The notes under the pieces were generated by a model. The model worked only from the letters and a program-made list of their open reading frames with translations. It did not search any database and was not told the DNA's origin. Position numbers and translations under genes: made by a program. Shown one piece after another: positions 11,429 to 24,875 of a stretch of DNA of 64,000 nucleotides. Each line of letters opens with the position of its first letter. Positions within the stretch are counted from its first letter, which is position 1. Origin of the DNA: Podarcis pityusensis (lineage: Eukaryota); assembly GCA_964106645.2 (NCBI GenBank), contig OZ067041.1; one strand, given 5' to 3'.

Positions 11429-14400
11429 ACCCCAAATATTTTGGTAGCGGTTTGTCTGACAATTATGTAAAGTGTAAGAATTCAGCTGTATCACTTTAGG
11501 ATCATCCCTGAGAATAAGGGCATCAAGCCTTTGATTTTCCATAAAAGTATATATTAGAAGGTGTACACTTATTAGAAAGGCTTATCGAGAAGTATACACA
11601 TTTAAATCCCTTCATGCCAATGTAATTTTTATACAACTATAGGTAAGTAGAAAAGACAGGGCAGTCAAAGAAAAGCACTCTGTATAGCAAGGAGCCTCAG
11701 TTAAGTTGTTTAGAGACAGACAGTGATATCCAACTAAGTCATACTCAAAATCAGACCCACTGAAATAAATGGACTGAAAATAAATTCCATTGATTTTCAG
11801 TGTATCTTCTCCAAGTACAACTTAGTTGGGTATCACCCATAGGCCTAGTCTTCCTGACATTCAACTTCAAGGTTCAGATAGGAGAATTAAAGTTCTTCAC
11901 TCTCCTTATGAAATTACGGTAAGAATTTAGAGTGCTTAGCTTTATGGGGATCATTCCCTTAGTGACAAACTACAATGATAAACATATTAAACCACAAAAC
12001 AAGACCCACTCTTACTTCAGTGTACAGCTGCTTAGGGCTGGATGGCTATTATAGAGAGAAATGGAACTGATGCTTTATTTACTCTAGTTTATGAAGTCAG
12101 CAAAACATTTGATAGCAATTTTACCAACTGCTTTTTTAAAAAAGGTCAGGGTATCTGGCATAAGTGTCCATAGCTACTTTCAAGAAATGAAATTTTCAGG
12201 TTTATTTTATTTCTATAATGTATTTAATCCTTCAGGTATAGAAAGTAAGTATAAGATGAGTGTGGAAAAGAAATCAGTGCAATGATATGTTGAAAGTTGC
12301 ATTATTTTTATTGTATGGGATTGTGCAAAGAGGCGAAGCGGGTATGTAACCAGCACAAAATGAAGCTACGATTCTAAATGAAGGATTCTTTTGACTCAAT
12401 TTAATGCTAAATTTTGCAAACAGGTTATTCCACACTGTTAAGTGCCAGGGAGATTTACGGCCCCAGTCTAGCATAGTTTACAACTGCCACCTCAGAGGAC
12501 AGCTCCCTTCAAAGCAATTGCTTGTTTTGCACATGTTGATTCATGTTAACTGTGTGCAATAATTTTTACCAAAATGCATGCTAAAAATGACAAAGAATTA
12601 GAGAAGTAAATAAATGGTCAATCCAGTTTCAGACTAGGCAGGTGACAACACTAGTTTTTATAAGCCCCCTGATTGGTCAGGCTTCAGAAAATCAGTTTAT
12701 ACTCCTCCTTCCCCCTTTCCCTCCAACTACAATGCAAGTATTGGTGCAGTTTCCCATCCGTAGTACTGATCAATAGCACCAAGAACCTGAACATCAGGGG
12801 CCATTAGCTTTAGAGGTCTTAAAACAAAGCAAATGATTATGCTACCACCTTTAATTTGGGGGAACCTGCAGACAAATAAGTCACATGATGTTAAAAGCCT
12901 CTTTGTTGTATCATATCTAGCAATCTCACTTTATAGATTCCTAGGCAATGACAGGGTTTACTCTGTGCTGCTGGAATTTAAGTTTTCGGCATGACTGGCC
13001 AAATACATTTTGCTGTCTCAGGCAAAGGACAGGTTGATGCACCTGCCTTCCCCTCCACTGCACTTGAGTGTAGATGGCTAATTTAAGGGGCAAAGGGCAA
13101 ACCACATGGCACACACCCCTCATGTGACACACAACAGCTCAACACTAGCTGCCCACTCTACCCGGTACCAGGTAACTGACTACTCAAACAAATGCTGCAA
13201 TGCTTAGTGCCAGCATGCAACACAGGAGCCCAGCTATGCATGCACACACACAATGCCTGCTGTTGTCTGTGGCACCCATTTGTGGTATAGAAAGCAGCTA
13301 CTTCCTTTGCTAAAGTTGTATGATGTCCCATCAAGCCACCTGCAGTTAAAATATCCAGCCAGCTCATGCCAGGCAACAAGAAAGTATAATCTCTTGTAAG
13401 GTGGGTTTGTGGGAGGAGCAGCTGCCATGCACTCCCACCATCCACTATTTAAAAAATGTATCTATCCCACTTGTCAGGGTTACAGAGCATGGAGTGCGCA
13501 GAGCGGGGTACTTTCTCCTCAGTGCGAACCAATCACAACCAAGCCAAACACATCTGGGACTGGAAAGAAGAGCTTTCATGGCAAAGGGCATAGCATCCAG
13601 CAAGCTCAGGAATAAGCACCTCTCCACTCATAAATTAAGTACTGACTACAAATGCAGAAAGGGTATATTCCAGGAAGCCAAGTCATGCAAAGAAAGGTTC
13701 TGTGAGCACAGTGAGAAAGTGGTCCTATCCAGCAGGAGGAGCCTTCACATCTGTAGTGTAGAATGACTTTCGGGCTTCTTTGGATACTAAAATTTGCAGA
13801 GTACAAAATATTCTCTTATCGCAGTAGACGTGAAGGCATACACACACATATGCAAAGAACCACTTCCCTTTCAAAGTACATCTGGGAGGCCAATTCCTTT
13901 TTAGTTTTATTTTTTAAAATGGGGGAAGTGGCTAATACTATGCACACACACCTCTTTTGTACTCTTGATACAAGAACTAAGTTTGTAACACGTTACAAAG
14001 AGCTTGGCTTTGAGACAAAATGTTCTCTTTCAAAGCACCTCCATGCATGAGCGTTATATTTCCACAGTTAATGAATTCTAGCTCCAAACGGACTAGATTC
14101 TGTGCATTGTAGCTCAGAATGACAAGTGCTTTGCAAGTGACTTGAAATGATATGTGACAGTCCTTTTGTCTTCTAATGCAGCTTGCTTCTGCCCCAATCA
14201 CTTCTGCAGAGAGTGGGTGAGATTTAAAGCACCAAAGGAACATGCAGGCAAAGGGTGCTGAATTCTCTCCCCACTCACTGCCTTCCGTCTGCAACTATTT
14301 TTCACAGAAGCTTTTCTTCTGGCTGGGCCTACTTCTGATACCCGAGCCTAGATGGCAGGGAGGAAGGGCTTTAGGGGAAGAGGGCAAAAGCAGCAAGCAG

Positions 14401-15032
14401 AGGAAAGACAATTTCTGCAGTTGTCTTAAGGAAAATTCATTCACACAGACTAACAGGTGTACCAACTAAGCTAGAGATACAACCTATATTAATGGTTATG
14501 TCTACAGACACCTTTCGGAGGGGTAATCAGTATAGCCATGAAAGAAACAGGTGAAATGTTCTTGGTTTGGTTTTCTTTTTTAAGTAAAAGGTTATTCAAG
14601 TTATATTAAGTGTCTCACAGTAAAGCTACACACTCTCAAAAACATCAAGACAGATAACTTACTGTGTAGGCAATTAATTCTGGTTGGCATAGTGGTCCAC
14701 TTATGTTTACAAAGAGAATAGGTAAGAAATTTGGAGTCAGAAATATAGGTAAGGAGGTAAATACAATGAAGAGTCAAAATATGCAAGTTCCAAGTTATAC
14801 TGAGTTTGGTAATAATGGCTGAGAACCTGAAGTTGTGCTTTATATATATGTCTTCCTTATATATATAAAAAATACCCTAATTTTCCATTTTTAAAAATCC
14901 CTGCTCTTGAACTTCTCAAACTAAGATTAAAAAGAACCACCACCCACACTGTAAGGCTGTCACACTATTGCATTTTTAAAGAGCACCCACTGACACTCAA
15001 TTTTTTTCTACCAAATTTAGAATTCATATAAC

Positions 15033-15205
15033 CAGTGCTTTTTCCTGGGGGGACGCAGGGGTATACATACCCCTAAACATTTTGTGAATCTTTGTACTTT
15101 TGTCAGTTTACTGTATTTCTTTTTCCCAATTTGAACTACAAAATGGTGATACTCTTGAGTCAAAATGAGTGTACCCCTAAACAATTTTAAAGAAAAAAAG
15201 AACTG
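15033..15205. mobile_element. Non-autonomous hAT-type DNA transposon
   Basis: TIRs CAGTGCTTTTT / AAAAAAAGAACTG; 8-bp TSD catataac/catataag; internal repeated TACCCCTAAACA. Confidence 0.75.
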
Positions 15206-15359
15206 CATATAAGAAGTCATACTTTTGCACGTGGCGCTCTTAGAGCTGCTTCACATACCAAGTTGTACAAACTCACCACTTTCAATTAAAGTGTCACAGG
15301 ACTTGCCTTGGGTTGTCTGTATGCATTGGGGGGAACTGTAGTTAGTTTTGCTGACAGTA

Positions 15360-15925
15360 CAGTGGTACCTTGGGTTACAGATGCTTCAGGTTACAGACTC
15401 TGCTAACCTAGAAATAGTAAGGTAAAGGTAAAGGTAAAGGGACCCCTGACCATTAGGTCCAGTCGTGACCGACTCTGGTGTTGTGGCACTCATCTTGCTT
15501 TATTGGCCGAAGGAACTGGCGTACAGCGAACCAGAGCAGCGCATGGAAATGCCGTTTACCTTCCCGCCAAAGTGGTACCTATTTATCTACTTGCACTTTG
15601 ATGTGCTTTCGAAGTGCTAGGTTGGCAGGAGCAGGGACCGAGCAATGGGAGCTCACACCATCGCGGGGATTCGAACCGCCGACCTTCTGATCGGCAAGTC
15701 CTAGGCTTTGTGGTTTAACCCACAGCGCCACCCGCGTCCCGCCACCCACAGAAATAGTGCCTCGAGTTAAGAACTTTGCTTCAGGATGAGAACAGAAATC
15801 GTGCTCTAGCGGCGGGGCGGCAGCGGGAGGCCCCATTAGCTAAAGTGGTACCTCAGGTTAAGAACAGTTTCAGGTTAAGAACGGACCTCCAGAACGAATT
15901 AAGTTCTTAACCCGAGGTACCACTG
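15360..15925. mobile_element. Tc1/mariner (Tigger/pogo-like) MITE containing a nested Sauria SINE
   Basis: TA|CAGTGGTACCT...AGGTACCACTG|TA; internal repeated CAGGTTAAGAAC units. Confidence 0.85.
15419..15749 (-). mobile_element. Sauria SINE (reverse orientation)
   Basis: The minus strand starts GGGACGCGGGTGGCGCTGTGGGTTAAACCAC, has a B-box-like GGTTCGAATCC and ends in an (ACCTTT)n tail; TSD agaaatagt at 15410-15418 and 15750-15758. Confidence 0.85.
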
Positions 15926-16607
15926 TAGTTTATATTCATAGATTGAGCATAATTTAAAAGAGAGAGAACATATAGCCATCTCTTATGTTACAGGGTATGC
16001 TACCAGTACACACTGCACAAGTACACATGATGTACTTACTAATTGTGTAGTGTGCAACAGCTCTTATTAAAGTGCTTGAACACCTTTATTTAGGATATAT
16101 TAAAGCTGGTTTTTTTTAAGTAAGAAAAATAAAGATGGTATAACATGAATGAATTATTGAAGTACAACGGAAACTAAAGTAATATGTGGATGTTTTACAA
16201 GAATTGCTCATTGCAATTCTTGCAATTATAGAAAACTTATAAAAAGTCTAAACACTTTGCTGCCCTGGCCTGCTTTGGAAGGAAGGACAGGATATGTTTC
16301 ATAAATAAAATGATATAAAACAAGCAATAAATATAGAGCTGAGTACATCGGTCTTTAGAAGCCCTTTTATGTAGATACTTTTTGCCAAAACTACTTTCTC
16401 AGGGGTACCACTTTTGAATGAGGCACCCAATTACTAAGGCAGAGAGATGAATAAATGCAGACACATTAACTAGAATAGGGGAAAAGTTGGTGTTCTTAAA
16501 CAAGTTTATATGTAGAATTAATTATGAAAAGGTCATGAAACTGCTTAAAAAGTGTGCTCATAATTTTATTTTATTAAAAAAAAAAGCTCCAAGAGAAATC
16601 CCATTAC

Positions 16608-16923
16608 CTTTGGATTTCTTCACAGTTCCAGGTTCCGAGATGCTTATGGAGCTCCCAGACATCTTATCACAGTCTTGGTCTAGTAGTGCATTGCTCTGCC
16701 ATTGTTCGCTACTGTCATCTAAAGTCCAGGCATCATGGCTGTTTTCCTGGGGATCTTCATGGGCAGGTATTGTTTGGGATACATACAGTGAGAGTTTTTC
16801 ATTGGAAGGAGACTGTGCAAGAGACCCTTCTACACTGGAAGACTCATCTTGCTTATAGGAGCCATCCATGGCTGCCGCATAGTCCATCATGAGTGCAGCT
16901 TCAGTATCCTGAGATAAATTAGT
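16608..16923 (-). CDS. C2CD2: C2CD2 exon 13
   Basis: tccag|TNLSQDTEAALMMDYAAAMDGS...SISISEPGTVKKSK+G|gtaat; 316 nt. Confidence 0.92.
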
Positions 16924-17118
16924 CTGGAACAGTAAAACAAAAGAGATGCAGAGATAAAACTGGTTGAGAAAAACGTATAGGAACCGAGGAGCTGTTCTAG
17001 GCATGTCCAAACCCTTGGGGGATTTTGTTGTTGTTATTCTGCTCTTTTAGCAAGAAATTTATTTAGTTTTAAAAGTAAATTCTAGGAGGGGGAAAAATTA
17101 TGCAAAGGGTGGGGTTCA

Positions 17119-17268
<150 letters not shown>

Positions 17269-17414
17269 TTAAAAGAATGTGATTAAGAGAATGACAAGAT
17301 GCAGACAAGATGCAGGCAACAACTGAAGACACAAAGAATCAAAGCAGGAATCTAGTAGAAAGCCAGTTATGTAAACCAAGCCTTGATTTACCAATATTTT
17401 TTCCAGTGCACTCC

Positions 17415-17845
17415 AATAAAATGCTGGTTTCGACCTATAAAGCCTTAAACGGCTCAGGACTGCAATTCCTCAAGGACTGCCTCTCCCCATATGAACCAGC
17501 CCGAAACCTGCAATCATCATCAGAGGCCCTTCTTCATGTATCCCCTCTGTGAAAGATATGGAGGGCAGCAACACGAAAACAGGCCTTTTCTGTGGTGGCT
17601 CCCTGTCTGTGCAATGCTCTCCCCAGGCAGGCTCACCTGGCACCTTTGTTACATTTTTCTAGTGCCAGGCAAAAACATTCCTCTTCTCCCAGGCCTTTGT
17701 TTAATTAGCCAATCTATGGCCTTTTAAATGGGGAGGGAGGGTATTGTTTTTGTTTGTTACTATGTTACGTATTTTTGTGTTTTTATATTGTAAACCACCC
17801 TGAGATCCTCAGGTGAAGGGTGATATAAATAATAAATAATAATAA
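17415..17845 (+). mobile_element. L2-clade LINE 3' fragment (degraded)
   Basis: KMLVSTYKALNGSG..FLKDCL; (AAT)n tail at ~17826-17845. Confidence 0.75.
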
Positions 17846-17935
17846 TTCAGCTCTGACCCTTATGTTTGAGTTGTGTCTATAGAGACAGACCAACTTTCAA
17901 ACTTAATGCTATTTATTTACATGTTAATATTTTTA

Positions 17936-18184
<249 letters not shown>

Positions 18185-18898
18185 TTATTTTCTCATCTGC
18201 ATATTTCAAAATATATTCCTTAATAAAGGTCTACTAGGCAAGACATGCAAGTTCCATGATTCAATCTACTGGCAACTTAAAAACAACAACAAAACAACAA
18301 CAACAAAACCCTTAAAAACAGCTCTGGGGATTTCCAGATTGAGTCTAAACACTAGGAAGTGCTTTTTTAATTCTTCCCTCCCATGACATTTCTCCCTTCC
18401 AAAATCCTTTCACCAAAACTGGTAACAGTCTTGCTGGGTAAAACAGGTACATATATTGGAACGGCTCACAGACCAGCACTTTAACCATTCTGATCTTCAT
18501 TTTTGGAGTTTCTATATATTTTTCGGCACATTTTAAAAGCTACCTCACTAGGTCATGGATGCAAAAGCAGGACACGAGTTCAATAGGCACAGAACTGGAC
18601 ATTCTTGACAATTTGTGAAAACTGCAAGCCAGATTAATTTTATTGTGATTCAAGCCAGTCAGCTAGTGTTAGCACTTTCTCACTGTAAAAAATTCACACT
18701 TATTATGAAAGTGAGCCTAGAGTTACACAGATGCCTTTTATGCTATAGTAAATTTATAATTCATGCATGGTGGATCTCTCCACTTGCAGGCTGAAGGACT
18801 GACATGGCAGATTTTAAACAGACGTCTCATAAATTAGTAAAAGTAACAATCCATCTTCTTCATTGCTGCAATAGGATTTTATTACTTGGACATTCAAT

Positions 18899-18900
<2 letters not shown>

Positions 18901-18930
<30 letters not shown>
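18901..18930. repeat. (TG)15 microsatellite
   Basis: Direct read. Confidence 0.95.
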
Positions 18931-18933
<3 letters not shown>

Positions 18934-19020
18934 ATAGTCTCAGGACTAAAGAAAACAAATGGTTCTAAAGTTGAACGCATGCTGCAGACCTTCTCTGTTT
19001 TCTTGTCTGTGCTACAATAT

Positions 19021-19022
<2 letters not shown>

Positions 19023-19061
<39 letters not shown>
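19023..19061. repeat. (CA)~19 microsatellite
   Basis: Direct read. Confidence 0.95.
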
Positions 19062-19065
<4 letters not shown>

Positions 19066-19827
19066 GAAAGAATGTATTGCAGATGTCTTTTAAGTTTCCA
19101 AGTCCCCTGATGGCAGCCTGCCTTTCATCTGGTCACCAATACATTTCTAACTTCTCATTCATTTCCAAGGACTGTTCAAAATGCATCTCTTAAGTATAAA
19201 GGTAAGTGCTTGGTCAGTGGTGGAATTTAGGCTCTCAAATTTCAGCTGCTCCCTGTGTGACCAAAATTTGGTGCTCCCCCCGCTTCTCTCGCTCCATTAT
19301 GCAGCATTCATTTAGCGCCCCCTGCACTGCGGCCCCCAGGACAACAGCACCAGTTGTGCCAACTTGGTAATACTTGGTGAAGCTATCCACGCACAAAAAT
19401 TAAGAAAATAAACCTTATGGAAATTCTTATGTTAGCAGCTTCTTACAACATTTTTGAAATTTTTACTCCTTGTACCCATCACTTCCTGAAAGGATATGAA
19501 AAAAGCTGCAATCTTTTTCCACATTAATTCCTTGTTTTCAACAATATTTCAGTATTTACACATGCTGGCATATGTACTTAAAGTAATTGGCTAGATGATA
19601 AAGTGTATGAATTTTTGAACTCATGCAGCTATTTGCAGAACTCAGTACCAGGCTATACTGGTACAGGAACCAACCTTGTGTGACATCATCATGTACCAGA
19701 GCCACAGATAATTAGATAATTTATTACCTGCTTTTCATACAACTTAAAAATGTACCAAAGAATTGCTTTTTTTTTTTTTTTAAGTCAAGCTTTGGGAGCA
19801 ATCCAAAGTTGTGTTCTATTCTTTCAC

Positions 19828-19999
19828 CTGAATGCAGAATAGATGGTCTCCCTTCTATTAAAGGCTTGGCTTTCACAGCAGTAACAGTAGTGATCACAGT
19901 CCCACAAGGCATCACAGTTCGATCTTTCTCTACTTTTGCAACAGGAATCTTGGGGGGAACTTGCAAAGTTCTGGACTCTGAAGGTTCTATGTATAAGAA
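19828..19999 (-). CDS. C2CD2: C2CD2 exon 10
   Basis: tttag|FLYIEPSESRTLQVPPKIPVAKVEKDRTVMPCGTVITTVTAVKAKPLIEGRPSILHS+G|gtgaa; conserved KDRTVMPCGT; 172 nt. Confidence 0.94.
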
Positions 20000-20464
20000 C
20001 TAAAGAAGAAAAATAGTTAGGATTTTAAAATTCAATTAAGGACAGTTCAGTAGCGATAAATTGGTGATAAAATTTGGATAGGCCACATGTAAGGGGAAAA
20101 CCTGCAATGTATGACCATAGTCCCACTGATTTTTGGAAATCATGTACATAAAAAGAGTAATTTTTGCATTATCGTTAGCTATTTTGCATGGTATACATGT
20201 CTACCATTTACTAAAAGAATTTATAAACTGTGTTGGACTAGAGAACCCTTGTGGTCCCTTCCAACTCAATAATTCTATGATCCTATGAAATGTTTCCAAA
20301 GCACCAAATTATGCAAATTGAGTATACACCTGAGTCATATTTCAGGGAAAGACATTCGTTTTCAATAGCTGCCTGAAAGCAAGGAGTTGGGAGCTGATTA
20401 AAACTGGTTGGGTCAGGAGGAAAAAACTAGTTCGAGAAGCCAGCTTATAAACTTAAAATTCTAC

Positions 20465-20592
20465 CTCTGCAGTAACGGATCCTACAGTAGAGCTACTACT
20501 GCTGAGCTGACTGTTCAGTGCAAAACCTTTGTGTCCAGAAGGCTGTCTCCTGAACAAGTCCAAAGGTACAGCAGCCACAGCTGAGAAACCAC
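20465..20592 (-). CDS. C2CD2: C2CD2 exon 9 (C2 domain)
   Basis: tgcag|(S)GFSAVAAVPLDLFRRQPSGHKGFALNSQLSSSSSTVGSVTAE|gtag; 128 nt. Confidence 0.92.
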
Positions 20593-20720
20593 CTGCATTG
20601 AAAAGAAATGCATTGAAATCTATCTGTACATGAATCCACTAGTAGATCAGCATCCTATTAGATTGTTGTTGCAGAAATAAAAGATTAGACACATAAAATG
20701 AATTTATCTGCAATACTTAC

Positions 20721-20782
20721 TATCCAGTCCCCCTTTTTCTACAATCTTTACTTGCAGTTCTTTTGATTTGGCATTTAATTCA
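20721..20782 (-). CDS. C2CD2: C2CD2 exon 8 (C2 domain)
   Basis: cacag|(F)ELNAKSKELQVKIVEKGGLD+A|gtaag; 62 nt. Confidence 0.92.
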
Positions 20783-21336
20783 CTGTGAACAGAAAAAAAG
20801 CATTTTAGAACTGTCATATAGTTTCATATTTTGCAATATAGATTACTGACTACAGCCTATCCACATCCTGGAAAGTTTCACAAGGTGGATTCCTGTCTGC
20901 CAAAATAACTGCTAAAAGGTATAAGAACCTTGCAAGAAAAATAAAAAACTTACCTCTCCACACACCTCACTTATTGCAGTATATCAAATTTCCCAAAAAG
21001 TAAAAAAAGAACTTATTTGGTAAGACCACTGTACTGTCTTCAGCAATACTGAAAATGTATTAAGCTGCTAACAATTAAGAAAATACAACCTCTCTCATTT
21101 AATCGCTCTTCACTGGACAACCCAAGAGCCACCCATGTTTGTTTAAAACAAACAGCAACTAAGACTTCCCCCGCCCTGTCCCCAAGCATTGGCACTAGAA
21201 TATTTAGGAAATATGATAACTTATGAATGCTTAGCAGATAGGATTTTCCCCTGCCCCATAGTGACATCTGGAGGATAATAGAAGGTGTAACATTTCCCAC
21301 TGTGCTTATTATAGTGTTATTAAAATCAGAACTTAC

Positions 21337-21445
21337 AAGATGAATTCATCTTTCCAAGAGAAGTCCATGGGACTATTGGCTGCAGAGCTTGAAAACTTCT
21401 GCAAAGGATCATTGAGCTGGATTATACATACTGGGCTAATGCCAC
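21337..21445 (-). CDS. C2CD2: C2CD2 exon 7 (C2 domain)
   Basis: tgcag|GGISPVCIIQLNDPLQKFSSSAANSPMDFSWKDEFI+TT|gtaag; 109 nt. Confidence 0.92.
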
Positions 21446-22898
21446 CTGCAATGAAGGTAAAAGATGAGTTTGTTTCAAGTGAGAATTGCTTAAGGTACCT
21501 CTTTATGCTTTTCACATTTGAGTGAACTACTGGCAGGAGACCTCATCCAAGAAACCCTTTGGGAGTTGTGTGAGAAGTATAACCTGCACCAACATGGCTA
21601 GCAGTGCAAGGTCTGTTATCTACATGACAGCAAAGCAGAAGCAAAGTTACAAGAATGAAGTTAGGAACTCGGGAAGGTTCCTGTGAGCAGAAGCTTCATC
21701 ATTCCATCTTTGGGCAGGGGAATGTTCTGTGTGCACAGTGGCAAATACAGATTATTTTCAAAACAAAAGCCTCCATTTCCCTTTTGATTCAAGCCCTTAG
21801 TAGCCAGAAATGCAATTCTAGATGTATGCTTAAAAAAACTGTTTTAATGTTTGAAAGCTGCTCAGGAGACTCAAAGAGCCTATTAGCCATTCATCTAGGG
21901 CTTCCTTAGGAAAAATACAACCAAACCATGATTCAAATCACAACAAAAGCAAGACTGTCAAAGACTATACTGCTCCAAGATCAATTATCATCCAAATTCG
22001 GCCAAGATTTGGAAAATAGGGGTAACAATCCGTTAAAAACAGTATGCAAAGGCAAGGTGAAGATCTCTACCCTTAACTCTGGCCTGCCCTGAAGTTAGGG
22101 AAACAAGCAAGCATAGACTTGTAGAACCTTACAAAACCTGATGGGCAAGTTTTTAATTCAGCTTCTCGTAAACAGGCTGCACAGTTCACAGCACACATAA
22201 TGTAATGCCACCTATACCTTTTGGCTGTTCTGATGTTTTGAGTTGTGTAAGGCACTTCTAGTTAATACAACAGTAGAAATTGTTTCAGTTATTAAAATAC
22301 TGTCATCAGTGAAGAAACATATGAGCAATGTAAGGTATGAAAAAGGATGGCTGGAGAGAAATATTTTTCTGTACTGAAGTTAAAAATAATATTTTTAAGA
22401 AGTATTATTATAGAAGGCCCATATTACAGAGATCAATGAAGAGTTCATTCTACATAAAAGAGAAAGTTCACATCTCTCTGGGGTGCTTCTCAGTGGGGTA
22501 TAGGCCACCCAGTGTTCAGAGTGCAAGGCAAGTTCTTGCCTAACCTCAGAAGCAACTCTGGGAATTTTATTTTGGCAAGAGTGTTGAGAAATGTCTCCTA
22601 AGGGCCTGGAGTCCACACATGGAACTGCAACTCAAAAGAAAAGAAAGCAATTTGTTTGAGGTGTTAGCTTGCCATACGATGTGCCTCCTTGTGAGTGTTC
22701 TCCACCCTACATACAAAATCCTGAAGCTTCAGAGAGGAAAAAGAATAAACCAAATCTCAACCAGTCATGTATCCCTGAGGCAAAGCCCAAGCCTTTCTCT
22801 GCAATTATGGGATATAATTTGTGACCACTGCTTGTTATTTTTGCAGAATTAAGAGATTATAATATGGGGACAAAGGGAAGTAAAACCAAGTTATTTAC

Positions 22899-23019
22899 CC
22901 GCAATGCTTTGATTGGTCAGTGTAGCTTTGATGTTTTTCATCAGCAGTTTTAGTTCATGAGCCCTTGGAGGTTTAGGAGGACTGGTGCCCTGAGGCACAA
23001 CACCTGTTTTTTGTACATT
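22899..23019 (-). CDS. C2CD2: C2CD2 exon 6 (start of C2 domain)
   Basis: tag|NVQKTGVVPQGTSPPKPPRAHELKLLMKNIKATLTNQSIA+G|gtaaa; conserved PPKPPRAHELKLL; 121 nt. Confidence 0.92.
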
Positions 23020-23233
23020 CTATTAAAAGGAAGCAAAACAAATAAGATTGTTTTAGATAAACTCCAAGCAATTTATGTTCACATCAATTAACTTCCAACA
23101 GTCATACATATGTGTGAACTGGACAAATAGATTTAGCCAAAGCCCTGAGTCATAACTTACCACAGCACTAATGAAGATGGAGGCACAGCAGTGACAAATA
23201 AAAACAGACTTTAAAATAAAAATAGATAAATAC

Positions 23234-23356
23234 CTGCAATGCCTTTACATCTGTAGGTTTTGTACTCAGAATCACAGAGGGAGATGCTGAATTTATGAGA
23301 TACCGCAGCAGACCTTTAAGTGTTTCTGATACTGCACATGCCCCAGCTGTCTGGTC
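23234..23356 (-). CDS. C2CD2: C2CD2 exon 5
   Basis: tttag|DQTAGACAVSETLKGLLRYLINSASPSVILSTKPTDVKALQ|gtatt; 123 nt. Confidence 0.9.
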
Positions 23357-24770
23357 CTAAAAAGGAAGAATACATTGATACATTGCACTGCTTGTAAAAT
23401 TCAGAAGCTTGGTTCACTTTCGAAAGACACCACAGCTATATTGCTCTACATGCACTGTACTGAACAAAAACAGATTGTGGCTCCACTTCTCTGGGCTTAA
23501 GTTGCATCAGGAAAATGGAAATATGTGTAGACATAAGCTCCTTTCCTATGCTCTTATTTACAGCAAAGGGAAATAGTCAGAGCAGTTTGTAAAGCCATGA
23601 TGCACTCAATTAGAGCAACTTTGTCAAAAGCCAAGTCTAAAACAGCCAAGATCCAAGCAAGAGATTACACTGATTGGCTTACTTCCTGGCAAGGCCCCAC
23701 AAGTCATTAATAAAATTGCTGATCCACACCGCTCACCAAGAAGGGTCTGCGGTCATAATGCTGCATTATGACTATTTAAGGAGAAGGCATCATTTACTCT
23801 GAACAACCTTGACAATTCTCTGCATTATTTTAAAAAAGCAATTCCTTTGTGCAGATGCCGATCCATGTGCAACATTTAGCTGTGGATAATGACTAAGACA
23901 ACAGAATATCACCTTTAGCTAAGACCAGGGTAAGATACAGGTCATGTATGCATGTTGTCAACACCCTTTGAACACACACTGTTCTTCAATACTTCAGTCA
24001 TGTACACCCCTCTGCTAACCTCCTTATTCTTACCCCTAAAAGTTGCACTGCAACAACTTAAATACCAGTATTTGCTTTAGTGCCCCTTTTCTAGTTCTGA
24101 ATATTCAGTGGGAGACACAACAGCTAAATTCAATCCTGCCTCCTATCTGATATTTTAGTAGCATGACCCCCATAAATGCTGCCACTTAGGTGGGGTCTCT
24201 CAACCTTTTAGAAGAGAGAGCTTTTAAAAACCCCTTGTAGGATGAGAAGGCCATCCATAACATCCCCCCAGTACACAATTTTGGGCAAACAGCGGCCCTT
24301 TTTGTTGCATCACAAAGTGCTTTTAAGTCTTCCAAGCTTGGTGTGTGGGGCAGGAAACTACGGTAATCCTCAAAGGGGGTGGGGAATGTAAAAGAAGTCT
24401 CGTTGGGTGTGTGGAGTTAATCACTGTTCTCTGTGAGGCAAATATTAAAATATCTGTAGACTATTATTAAAGGTGAGCATTGGAAGCAGTGGCTTATAAT
24501 TACTCATGCAAAACTGACACCTAAACATTTAATTTGAATCATTTCAAAGAGCCATGCTTCCAAGCCAATATGCCATGGATTGCAGCTATACATCCTCTCC
24601 TAAGTAAGCTGCCTTGGAAGCAAGTCTTTCTAGGTGTCAGATCAAGGTATTAGTAATTATTTAAAAAGTAAGAATCAAATTTGCATAAGCTGCTGCAAAC
24701 ATAATCATTAATTTAACATGTAGTTTTGATGGAAATCATGCTAGACACAAGCAAATGCTAACAGACTTAC

Positions 24771-24875
24771 CTCCTGTACTTTAGTAGGCTTAATTTCAGT
24801 GTTTGTTTCTGAGGTCCAGATGAAAGACCACTTGACCTGAATGTCTTCCTCTTTGGATTTCATTGAAAGTTTCAG
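24771..24875 (-). CDS. C2CD2: C2CD2 exon 4
   Basis: tacag|LKLSMKSKEEDIQVKWSFIWTSETNTEIKPTKVQE|gtaag; 105 nt. Confidence 0.9.

Noticed and set aside
15360-15925. Short repeated CAGGTTAAGAAC units resembling a repeat-spacer array
   Set aside because: Subterminal repeats of a mariner MITE in a eukaryotic genome; irregular spacing and no cas genes, so not CRISPR.
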